Made by a program: the position numbers and the translations under genes. A stretch of DNA of 63,900 nucleotides, the filler included, from Stramenopiles sp. TOSAG23-3 (Eukaryota): assembly GCA_900128585.1 (NCBI GenBank). It is 4 parts of 4 records of this genome, joined end to end, with 100 filler letters (N's around TTAATTAATTAA, not from the genome) between each part and the next. Parts side by side here need not be neighbours in the genome. Positions count along the whole stretch, not along the records: positions 1 to 15,928 come from LT642506.1; 3 more parts are not named here. One strand, written 5' to 3'. Each line of letters opens with the position of its first letter. The stretch's first letter is position 1. Below the pieces are notes generated by a model that saw only the letters and a list, made by a program, of their open reading frames with translations, ran no database searches and was not told the origin of the DNA. Positions 1 through 12,000 of this stretch are shown in pieces.

Positions 1-79
1 AATCGTTGGCTCGATCCATGGCAACCCGCAGGCGCAAAAAGAAAAGGAAAAAAGCAAAAAAGAGGCTCGTAATTGCCAA
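1..79. repeat. 79-bp exact inverted repeat, left copy (partner 15850-15928)
   Basis: Bases 1-79 are the exact reverse complement of 15850-15928, i.e. both ends of the first contig. Confidence 0.95.
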
Positions 80-3000
80 CAAGGGCAGAAAGGTCAAGTC
101 CAAGCGCCGATCCATGAAGTGGAATTTGGCATCCTCCAAAATTCGGTCTAAAGTCAAAGCTGGCGTTCCCGTCGTGGGGGGAACCGTCGGGGTACAGTTG
201 AGCACCTGTGTGAGGCACGTGTCCGAAGTCGAAAATATAATGAAGTTCCAAGGGTTCGTAGCTCGAAGCACCGACGTCCTGACGGATGCAGCAGCCTATT
301 TGGTGAACAAGATGGTCGAGCCGTTGTTTAAAATCAAGTTGACCGTTTCGACCGATGGCAAGGGGCTGTGCCAATTTACGCCGCCTTTGATAGAGTTTGA
401 AAAAGGCATCAAGCGAGTCGTGTCTCACCTTGCCACTATTGGCGTAGATATTGAGCCTGTAAATATTGACATTCTGCAACCGACAACAAATCCATCGCCG
501 CGGGACGAGCGCGGGCATTTTTTCTCGGCGGTTCGCAGTGCCGTCACCCCCGACGAAGCTGCCGTCTTGCACCGTTCCCGCACACTGATGGCCCTTCTTC
601 GGGGAAACATGGCTTATTTGGGAAGCCTTGTGTTGGCCATGCAAACGTTTAAAGAATTCTTCGTCCTTGACATGGCATCGTACGTTGACAAATTCCGTGG
701 CACAATAAAGGAATCAACGCGCACGGCGGTGTTGAAGGCCCAACTAGAGAAGGTAGATTTCTTGCAGGGCGAAGCCGACCGCATTAAAGGCACGCTGGTA
801 GACACACTGTGGCTTCACGCATTTGAAATCGACTGCAAAGATTTCAAAAACCATTTGCACGGAAATGCTCGTGCGATGAAGAATTTGCTGCTGCGCCGAA
901 TCGATTCTGACATGCGGGAGCACATGAGAGTGCTATCAAAGCGGTTTGGAACGTACTACGACTCGTTGGCCATCTGGCCGAAAAACATCGAAGAGTTTGA
1001 CAATTTGAAGTCTTCGCTGGACGCGTTTCAGCGAATGCACAAAGAGAGTGAAGTCGCCGTGTCCTCGTTAACCGAACAGTTGGAAGGGCTGGAGAACCGT
1101 TTTTTTGGAGTCACTGAGAACGACTACGACATGTACTGGCATGCAAGGGGGTGGCCGTACCGGCTTCAACATGCCAAAGACAACGTTTTGGCCTCGATGC
1201 GCAAATTTCAGAAGCGATTTGAGGAAGAGCTGCGGCACCAGAAACGTGTGTTTATGGAAGAAATTGACCGTCTGGGCTTGGACTTTCGCGGAATTCACGA
1301 AAAAGGCGTTGCCCAATGGCGGGAAGCTGAGGCAGTGTGCGACGAAATATCCTTGCTGGAAGACCGTCTAGACGGGGCGGTGGAAGAGGCCGAGATGATT
1401 CGTTCCAGGGAACAAATTCTTGGCTGGGAGCACGACGTCAACTTTGGCAATGCGATCGAGATGAGAGAAGGGATGAAGCCGTTCAACGAGCTCTGGAGCA
1501 AAGTGGCCATGTGGGAGCGCCAAATGCCAGAATGGATGGACGGTCCGTTTCTATCGATCAATAGCGAAAGTGCCACCGAGTTTGTTCGGCAGTGCTGGAG
1601 GGATATGTACCGACTCCAGCGCGTATTCGATCAGCACGACAAGTACACGGAGCCCTTGAAAGTGGCCGACAGGCTGAAGGGCGCGTTAGAGGGCTTCAAA
1701 CAGTATTTGCCCATCATCAAAGAGCTTCGAAACCCGGCTATGAGGGCGAGGCACTGGATGGATTTGTCTATAGAACTGAACACAACCATACGAGTCGACA
1801 ACTCCTTGACGCTTCGGAGGCTGCTTGCGGACAACATGTTGGAACACCAAGAGGCCATCAAAGATATTAGCAAAGTGGCCTCCAGGGAGCTGAAGATTGA
1901 AGATGCCTTGGCAGACATCGAAGCTACGTGGAATATCAGCGGTGTCTGCCCTGCAACGCCGGAGCAAGTGTCGACCCCGTTCTATTTTCGATTCGTACTG
2001 TTGGACGAAATTGGGTCCTATGGCATATCCAATATTTCGGAAGTGACTGCAATTTTGGACGAACAGTCCATTCAGGTCCAGGAATTAGAAAGTTCGCTTT
2101 ACGCAAAACCATTCAATGAAAACATACTGCGACTGAAAGAAATGCAAGCGAGCATGCAAACTATACTGGAAGACTGGTCATTTGTGCAGGAGTGCTACGT
2201 GTCCCTGTACCCGCAATACTTGAGCGGGCTGCTTGCCAAAATTCCTGGCGTGCCTGCCGAGTACCAAAAAATCGATGAGCAGTGGCGCAACACAATGGAC
2301 GTCCTTCGGACAAAGGATGTCAAATTTGAGCCCCCAGCAATGCGGTTTATCGAACTGGTAGAAATTGGGGAAGACGTGTCGGAGTCGAAAAAGATTGGCG
2401 AGTCGATCATGGATGGAATGCAGAAGTACTTCTTGCACATGCGCTCTGTGTGCCCCAGGCTGTACTTGTTGTCGGACAAGCAGTGCTTTCAAATGTTGGC
2501 TCTAAGTAAGAATCCTTCCTTCTTTCATCCTCTGATGCGCGTTTTGTTTCCAGGAACAAAGCGGTTTGAACTGGCAACGCGGGTGAAGATTCGACAGGAA
2601 ATGGAGGAGGTGACAGATTCAGAGTCAGATACTGATTTCAGCGGAGAAGAGTACACCGGCAGTGAGGAATCGGATTCAAGCGAAGAAGATCAGGAGAATA
2701 TCATGTTTAGAGAAGAGTTAAGGACCGTCAATATCGACTTGTCCAAGTTTGGAGAAAACTTCAGTGCCTCCATTGTATCATGTTCTGGCATGTACAACGA
2801 GCAAATAAAGCTCTTCGAAGAGGTTGACCTGTGTGACAGAAGGACAAAAAAGATATTTCCACTCGAGAAATGGGTTGCAAACTTGGAAACGGTTTCGAAA
2901 CGATCCCTTTTGGAGAAGATTTACGACCAAATGATTGCCCTGGATGAAATTATCGCGGACATGGATGCTACGGAGGAAGAGCACTATGAGACAGCGCTGA

Positions 3001-6000
3001 AGCACCTGGAAACATGGCTGTTACAGGTTCCAACGCAAGTGGCTGCCGTTTCGCGCTCCATTATGTTCTTTCATGTAGTCGAACGGGCGCTTCGAGGCGG
3101 GAAAACGGCCGAGCTGGTCATGGTTAGAAATTCTATCACTCAAGAAATCAGATGTACTTCTGACATGTTGCGAAATTTTGCCGACAATGCAGCTTCCAAA
3201 GAAGAGGCGTTACGGGCATACCATGCGGCCAGCACCTACATACTGACGTTGTTGGGATGCAAAGACAGTGTCCAGCAGTTCATTGATAAAGGCACACAAA
3301 GCCTGGGCGCCTTCGAAGTACAGGCCCAGTTTCGCCATGTTTTGTTGGAAACAAACCCACGGTCGCCAAAAAAGTTAAATGTGAACATGGGCATATTGGC
3401 AAAGCATAAATACACTTCAGGAAAGCGCGGCAACTCCGCTGGGGGGGGTTCCGGGATAAAGAAAAAACTCAAGCCGCTTCCGATGATGGAGAAAGGCCGC
3501 CGAATCGAGTGTCGAATGCTTGGGTTTCGCCGTCACTTCTCCCTGGAATACTATGGGATATTTTCTCGTGTAGTTGTCACACCACTTACTGAACGCTGCC
3601 AACGAGCCATGATGACGTCCATGCGCTACTGTGTGTGTGCAATGTCTGTTGGAGAGGATGGGTGGGGGAAAACAGAAATAGCGAAGGACATGGCGACATT
3701 GCTCGGCACCCTATTTTTAACATTCAAGTTATCAAACGCGACCACGATGGAAAACCTTCGATCAATACTGGCAAGCGTCTGCGCAAATGCCGCATGGTGC
3801 AGTATTGACAACTTTTGCTACGTGCAAAAGGGTGTGCTGGCGTTGCTGGCAGAGGCAATCGGTCCGTTGCAGCGCGCCGCATTGGCCGGAGCGTCGTCTG
3901 TCAATATTGAAGGGGTCTCAAGCAAACTGAAGTTTGGTTGGGGGGTTCACTTTACAAGCAGTCCACAGCCATTGCGTGACATTGGCATACCGCCGAGTTT
4001 ACGAACGTTGCTTCGCATCACCAAGTTTCAGGCCCCTGCCCGATCGGTGGTGTTGAACTCTCTTCTCGTCGCAAATGGGCACTCAAATGCGCAAAAATTG
4101 GCCGAGAAGGTGACGTTGTTTCTCACGAGGGCACAGTTGGAATTTCCGGGACGTAAAGAGTGTTTTGGACTTCGACACGTGCGTCTAGCATTGGACGAAT
4201 GCAGCACCCGTAGTATTACCCACCGGGATAGTGTAAAACACAGTAAAGACGTTGAATTCTTTCACGCTCTGCTTCGAAAAGTGAACGTGCAGTTTGACAT
4301 TTTTGACCAAACTCGCTGCTGTGAAATAATGGACACGGTGATGCCTGGGCTTGGGTTTGGGGAAGATGACACCCTGCAGCCTCTGGATTACTCTATTATA
4401 AAGAACCAGATGGAAAATAAATACCTAGTTTGCGGAGACAACCACTTGCGCACTTTCCAGGGTATGTACGAGTGCATATCGGCGGGGCCGGCGAACATGA
4501 TTGTAGTTGGACCGGCTGGTTCCGGTAAGAGTACGTACATAAATTTCTTGGCACAAGCCATGTCTGAGTTTGAGCGCGTCTTTGTCGCAAACCTTGTTGA
4601 GTCGGAGAACGGCGAATCAAAGAAATTGAAAGAAAAGTTGAGAAAGCGTCCAACAGCGGAACGGGAAGGCACAGGATTGTCGTCGTCTTCTGAAGAAGAG
4701 GACGAAGAAGAATCTGAATCCGACAGTGCGTGCGACGAGGACAACCTACAATACGGGAACGTGCTTCGGGGCACGGTCAACTTGCAATACCTTCAGCCAT
4801 CTTCGGTGTCGTTTGATGAGTTTTTTGGGTACTTTGATAGTGAATACGCAAACAAGTGGGTCGCTGGTATTTTTTCTACCATGTCGGCCCGTTTTAGTGC
4901 AAACAAAGTGGGCTTTGCCGGGCTAAAATCTGTAACAAAGTACAGCCGCAAGTGGATAGTGATCGATAGCTGTGTATGCGGCCAAACGTGGATGGAAGTG
5001 ATAAGTGCGTGTTTGGATGAAAGCAGGGAGCTTCTGCTCGCGAACGGGGACCGCGTGCCCTTCACCGATAGCATGTCCTTGGTCTTTGAAACCGACAACA
5101 TATCAAATGTATCCCCAGCATTTTTGAGCCGGTGTGGTGTCGTTTCGACGAAGAATGATGTAGTCAAGGACGCCGCTTCTAACGAGCCTCTGCTGTGGGA
5201 ACATTTGATCACTACGTGGATTGGCGAAACCCAAGTGCGTATTCTAACGCTGAGACCGTACGTAAATATTTTGCAGGGGCTGTTTGCCTCTTTGCTGAAG
5301 CCTTGCGTGCAGTTTGCAATGAAAAATGCCGCTTCGTGTCCGGAAAACAGTAACCACAGGCTGCAATTGGACCAAACATGGGTCGTTTCGTCCTTTTTGC
5401 GTCTTTTCGAGTGCTATTTGAAAGATTTTAAAGCGTCAACGTCGGAGGAAGTGAAACGTGAATTGAGAGCAGCCGGGGATAACAAACGGGTAAGCGCTGC
5501 TGTAATCGAACAACTGGAGAAGCCCAAAGTATTGTCCATGCACGCCGATTTAATAATTTCAAATTTACAAAATGTGTTTTTGGAAAGTTTGGTATGGACT
5601 CTGAACCCATTTTTTTCCCGTGAAGGACAAAAACGCTTGGATTCATTCATTAGAGAATTGATTTCGAAATTTCCGAAGAAGAGCCCTGAGCATGTGCAGA
5701 GCATGGCAGAAGACTGGAGGGAGGTTAAGGCCCAATCATTCATGAAAGAAATACCCGCGTTGGATATTAGGCAAGAGGTGGGGTTAATTTCCGACCATGT
5801 CTACAATAGCGACACCCAGTCATGGAAAGCTTTTGTGTCAAATGAATATGCCCATCCGATTCCAGATCACATATCGACTGTAAACATATTTCAGCGGGGC
5901 TACATTATCCCGACGACGGATTATGCTCGCGGGGTTGCCTCTGTCACTAAACTGTTGTTAGGCGGCAACAACGTTGTCGTCGTTGGTGAACTTTCAAGTG

Positions 6001-9000
6001 GAAAACAAGCGATTGTAAACAATGCACTGGGAAACCTAGTCGAAGAAGTGTTTTCAACAACAAAACTTCACTTTGACCAGGGCACTACGGCGAACCTGGT
6101 ACGCGCAAAAATCGACGAAGGCCTGGTAACGTACCGAAAAGGGCTGCGCCAGCCCGCTTCTGAAAAGAGGTTGGTGGTGTATGTTGATGATCTTTCAGCC
6201 CCAGAAATTTTAGGGGTCAAAGACGGAAGCATTCGCCCTTCTCACGAAGCAATGCGAAACTTGCTGGACAAGTCTAGTTGGTTTAGCATGTACCGAGGGG
6301 TATTCGAGGAGACTAAGATTAAAAATGTTGGTTTTGTTGCAACCGAACGCCAGCCATTATCGGATTCAAAATTAAGTTTGCGCGTTGTGCGCCATTTCAA
6401 CGTGGTCTCTACGGACCCCTGGGATAAAACGAAGATGACGCATGTGTTGTCGGCCATGACGACTAAATTTATGCAACGCACAAACCACAGGTTAAGCAAC
6501 CTTGCAGAGACCGTGATGAATTCGGCCATAGACTTGATTGAGCGGTGCAGAAATGAATTTCGACCGTCGCCGCAGCACCCACATTACCAATACTTTGGCC
6601 TTTACGACGCCGCAAGGGTTACCTATGGGGTATTTCGCGTGGCCTCGCGCTCCTTGAAGTACTCTGGCCCTCCCCAAAAAGCCCGACTGTTTGTGCACGA
6701 GGCTCAACGCGTTATTGAAGACCGCATGGTGTCAATGGGTGATGTAAAGAAATTTCGACAGGTGATAGTGCAGAGCACCGTCGGCATTTTTGAAAACTCT
6801 TTGGATTTCGGAAATGACCGAGAGGAAACGATCGTAAACGAAGACTTTTGGCCGCACTGGTTCTACTCTGCTTTGGAGTTGGACCGCAAACCCTGCCTGT
6901 TTACCGACCTTGTAGGCAGCGACGGTTACATTGAGATGACCCAGCTGGCAAAAATTCAAACTGCCATAAACGTGGCATGCGAATTGATGAACGAAAAATC
7001 AGAGGAAGAAGGGTTGCCCCCAGTTGAAATAATCCCTTTCAAATTTACAGTCGTCCATCTGTTTCGGGTGTGCCGCATTCTGAAAGACACTCGTGATCAC
7101 CTCTGCCTTACCGGTCAGGCGAGCACGGGGAAACATACGGTTTTAAAATTAGCTGCCGAAATGTTAAAACTGCAGTATGTGCCCATTGACCTCGGGAAAA
7201 TTTTACGAGACGGGAAGAAGGGGTGGAGAGAGACCATCAAGCCGGTTTTACGGAAAGCGGCAAGTGGAGAGCGCCTTCTGCTGACGGTCAACTTGAATTC
7301 GACAGCGGACTACGTGTTCCGTGATTTGTACAATATCCTCAAACCGGGAACAGTTTTGGAGATGTTTGACGGTGCAGAGCTGGAGGAGATAGACCTACGC
7401 TTTCGTGACGATGCTATCGACGCAAACACAATGATAACATCCGAGTTGACCACTGAACATGTGCTACAATATTTTCAGGACACCTGTTGCGCCAACATAA
7501 AGTTTGCTATGTGCACCAGTGGGACGAGACATATGTTTGATATGTGGAACATGTACCCCACGCTGCCGCAACTCTTTGTCACAGACTGCTTTTATTCCTG
7601 GGACGAAACGACCCTAAGGTATGCAGCAGAGGAAATCTTCAAAGGATCTTCGTCTGCGCGCCTAAGCAAAAATACGATAAGCGCTGTCGCCGATTGTGCA
7701 ATTGGCATCCACAAGTGCGTCGAGGTCGCTGCAGCGCGCAACGACCTTGCAATGTCACAGAGAGATTTCTTAGGAATGTGTTATTTGTTTCGAGAATTTA
7801 CGGATAACTTTTTCGATGAAAGCGTCGAGACGAAAAGTAAGTACGAATTTGCCCTTGCGAAATTAAGCGAAACGGAAGATGAAGTTGCATCCATGAAAGA
7901 AGAAATCGCAGGCATGAAGCCTCTGCTGGACCGTAAAATTGAAAAGGCAGACGCCGTCATGAAAACCGTCACTGCGGAGAGGTCTGTTGTCACGGGTCAT
8001 GTCCGTGCTGTGCGAGACGACGAAGCCGAAATTGAAAGGCAAAACAAAGATGCGACTGCAAAGCGAGAGTTTTGTAAAGAGAAACTTAGGGAGGCTATGC
8101 CGACGCTAAATTTGGCAATTGACGCAATTAGGCAATTGAGCAAGAAAGATTTGGAAGAGGTGAAATCGCTGAGAAATCCTCCCGCGAAGGTAAAGACTGT
8201 GATGGAGGCCGTTTGTATTATGCTTGGTCTACCGCCGCGAAAGGTAAAGGACCCTCAGGACAAAACGAAGAAAATCGACGACTACTGGGCAAGCTCGCAG
8301 GCTATCCTGGGGAATGCAAACGCATTAAAGCAATCGTTAGAGCAGTACCACAACCACCACGATATTCGGGACAATGTAATTCAAAAGATAGAGATAGAGT
8401 ACCTGACCTTGGAACACTTTAATCCCGAAGAAGCCCGAAAAGCCAGCATTGCGTGCGAAGGACTGTGCAAGTGGGTTATTGGAATCGTTAAATACTATCG
8501 CGTTGCACAGTCCATAAAACCGGTGAAGGCGGCGCTGAAGGAAGCCGAAGAAGACGTAAAGTTTTCCTTGCAGGTGCTTGAGCAGAAGCGGAAGAATGTA
8601 AAAATGGCGGAGAAACGCTTGAAACAGTTGGAAAAACAATTGGACAGGGCATCGACTGAGAAGCAAAAATTGCAGGCGGAGGTAAAGGAGCTTTCGGGGA
8701 AAATTAAAAATTCCACGGACATGATCATCCGCCTAGAAACAGAACGGCGCCGATGGGAAGACGCGTTGATGGACTTGAACGTCGGGAACGAAACCATTCC
8801 TGCGGACAGTTTGCTTTCAGCTGCTTACGTTGCATACTGTGGACCATTTAGTGCGGAAGCGAGGACGGGCTTGTTTCAAACGTGGGGAGAGCTAACAACG
8901 GCTCACGAATTGGTGTCCACCATGTCCAATGATGGGGACGACGAGGATTCAGGCGACGAGAAGAACCCTGCCGACCTCAAGTTCGCATTCGATCCGAAGC

Positions 9001-12000
9001 GCATCTTAATTGCAGAGGAAAACATATTGGAGTGGATGTCCACAGGGCTTCCGAGCGACAACGGCTGCATTGGCAGTGCAACCATTCTGGAAAACAATGT
9101 TAAGAAGTGGCAATGGCCTTTGGTAGTCGACCCAGACGGCTACGCAATGTACTGGATGAAGAATTACTACGAAAGCGACGTCGGCCCTCCAATCATAGCA
9201 AACGTGTCAAACGACGCAAAGTTGCGTGAATCGTTGCGCAAAGCTGTCACGGAAGGGCGCACCATCATTGTTGACCTCGGGACAGGCACCGCCATCGGTG
9301 AGAAGTTTATTCCCTTCCTCGCATTGGCTGGAAACTTGGAACAGCCTACTCCATGCGAAGTTGTCGTGTTTGAAGGCGAATCTCTCAACCTTGACTTGGG
9401 CTTTAAATTAGTGTTTGTGACAAAAACACCGTTGCCGCAGGGAACTTCATGCTCTCAACCAAGTGTTCTTTTCTCCCTGAGTGAAGATGCACTGACAGAA
9501 GAAATAATGTGGATTATGTCTTACGACCTGTTTCCCGAACAAAGTGCACTCAGGCAGCAGGCGATCATTGACAACACCAGGCTGCACGTGCGAAAGAAGC
9601 AGCTGCAAAATGAGGTCTTGGAGTTATTAAACGAGAGCGAAGGGAGCATGATGGAGGATGAGCGGCTCATCAACGTGCTGAACGATTCCAGGCGCAAGAC
9701 GATGGAATGTATTGGCCAAATAAAGACCACCAATAACAAACGTCTGCAAAATACGGAATGCATCGAAGTGTTCCGGCCTTTGGCAGAGCGGGCGTTTACC
9801 CTCTACAAAGTCCTGTCGCGGATGAATTTGGTTAAAAAGGCGTATAGTTACTCGCTCGTTTGGTTTATATGTATACTGTTGAATGTAATCAGGGACGACC
9901 CGGACCTTGTCGTCAAAGAAGAAGAAAACACGGAGGGAGGGGGGGGCGACCAGAGTCGTCCAAACAGCAAGAGTCAGCGAAAAAAACCGAGGAAAGAGAA
10001 AACGGTCGAAAGGATCGCGTCCGCCGTCAGTCTGATGGTGCACGTAAATACGATAACAAAAGCCGACTACTTGGCAAAAAAGGAAAAGAAAACTGGAGAG
10101 GCTGAGGAAGAGCCCGAGGGCAACGCTGGGGAGCCTGCTGACAGCGCGGGAGGGGAGGAATCGGCGAAACCAACCGTTTATCAGCTGCAAGTGTTGAAAG
10201 TGAAAGAAGCGATAGAGATGCTGACCAGTAGGGTAGTTAAAAAAGCCGGTTCAGGAGTATTTTTGGAAGACCATGTTTCGTTCTTGGCCGGGATCTCTAT
10301 CGAGCTGCTTGACTTCTCGATGGAACAGCGAAAGCTCCTGTCCACAGAAGTCTCCTCTTTAAGTCAGGACGCGCTCTGCAGAATGATTGATGAGGGAAAG
10401 GATATTCAAATGCCGTCTTTCTTTCCGTACAGCTTGGAGGAGCGCGAAAAGCTACCCGTGCCCCTCACTGTCCAAACTTGGATGACCGACGAGCAATGGG
10501 GGCGTATCCTGTACGTAGCAAGAGAGCTTCCGGGTGTCTTCAGCTCTCTCCCATCAAACATAGAAAAAAGCGCGCCCGTTTACGCAAAAATGTGGCACGT
10601 TATTTTCATGTCCTCGACTCCGTTGGAGGAAGTGTTCCCGCCTCCATGGGACAAGACGCTGACGTTGAAGGACAAGGTCGTGCTGCTTCGCGCCATATGC
10701 CCTCAGTCATTCGATGGCAGTGTTTTGCCATCCCTGATAGCGGTGACTTTGGGAGACGACACGCTCGACAACATTTTCCAAAGTCTGCAGGACGTGCATG
10801 ATATGTCTTCAATGACGCTTCCAGCCTCGCCGATATTGATGACGTTGGAATCCGGTGGGTCAAAGGACCCATTGCAGTCTATTGAAGGGTTTTACGCCCG
10901 CTGGCAAAGGTTTTACGGTGGTCCCAACACGGCGACTCGAATTTTTCTGGGGGACGGTCACAAAAGCATTGTGCGCGCTACAGAGGAGTTGAAGCGCGCG
11001 GTATCGAACGGGAATTGGGTCATTCTGTGTAATTGTCATTTAGAGCCCCAGTGGCTTCCGAAACTGAGCGCGTTTGTTCACGAAGTGCTGCACAAAAAAT
11101 CGTCGGATGTGAACCCTAGATTTCGTTTGTGGATGATATCGGTTGTTGACGAGAACTTTCCGTCGTATTTGGTGCAACAGTCGATTCGAGTGGCCATCAG
11201 TGAGATACACAGCATTCGCCACACCTCTCGGGGTATATTTCAAGAGTTACAAGCCCCAGATTTTGACGTAGATATTATGTACAGCGTCTCTTCAAACGAT
11301 GCCGATGGGCCTGTGCTTCAGGATATCTTCCCCGTGGGGATGGACAAAAAATTTGATGACGCTATTCGTAGTGCATATGCTGAGCCCGCTTCGTCCAAAC
11401 GAAAAGAATACTTCAGGCGCTTGACTTACGGGCTGGCACTGTTCCACGGGGTGATGGAGCAGAGAGCATCCTACGGGGTCTTGGGGTGGGAAGATGCGTT
11501 CATTGAGGCCGATTTAGAACTGGCAAAAGAAGTACTTGCCATCCACATGCGGCGATGGGAAGTCTTGTGTCACACTCGTGAAATCAAAGTGATTGCGGAA
11601 ACGGATGGCCCAGCGCCCCCTATCCCACCGGCGCATTTGGTCGACCCCGACTACAACTTTTATGAATGGTGCGCCGGCGTCATTGGAGACGTCCTCTATG
11701 GCAACAGTTTGACGGATCCCAACGATTACCAGAGTGTTCGCTTGATTTTAAAATCCATCGTGTGCGAGGACGCATTGCGGGAACGATCTTTGCCTTACAA
11801 GTGGGGCATGCGCGGAGAGTCTGGAGAACCGTTTGGAATCGGAACCATGGTGGAAGCAATCGTGCCTGCCGGCAAGAGAAAGAAAAAGCGCAAACGTAAA
11901 AACGAAGACCCAATGGCTGGTACTATTGCTAGTCTTGATCGTTATAAGCAGCATATCAACCGATTGCCAATAAGCACAAGCGGGGAAACGGTGGGACTGG

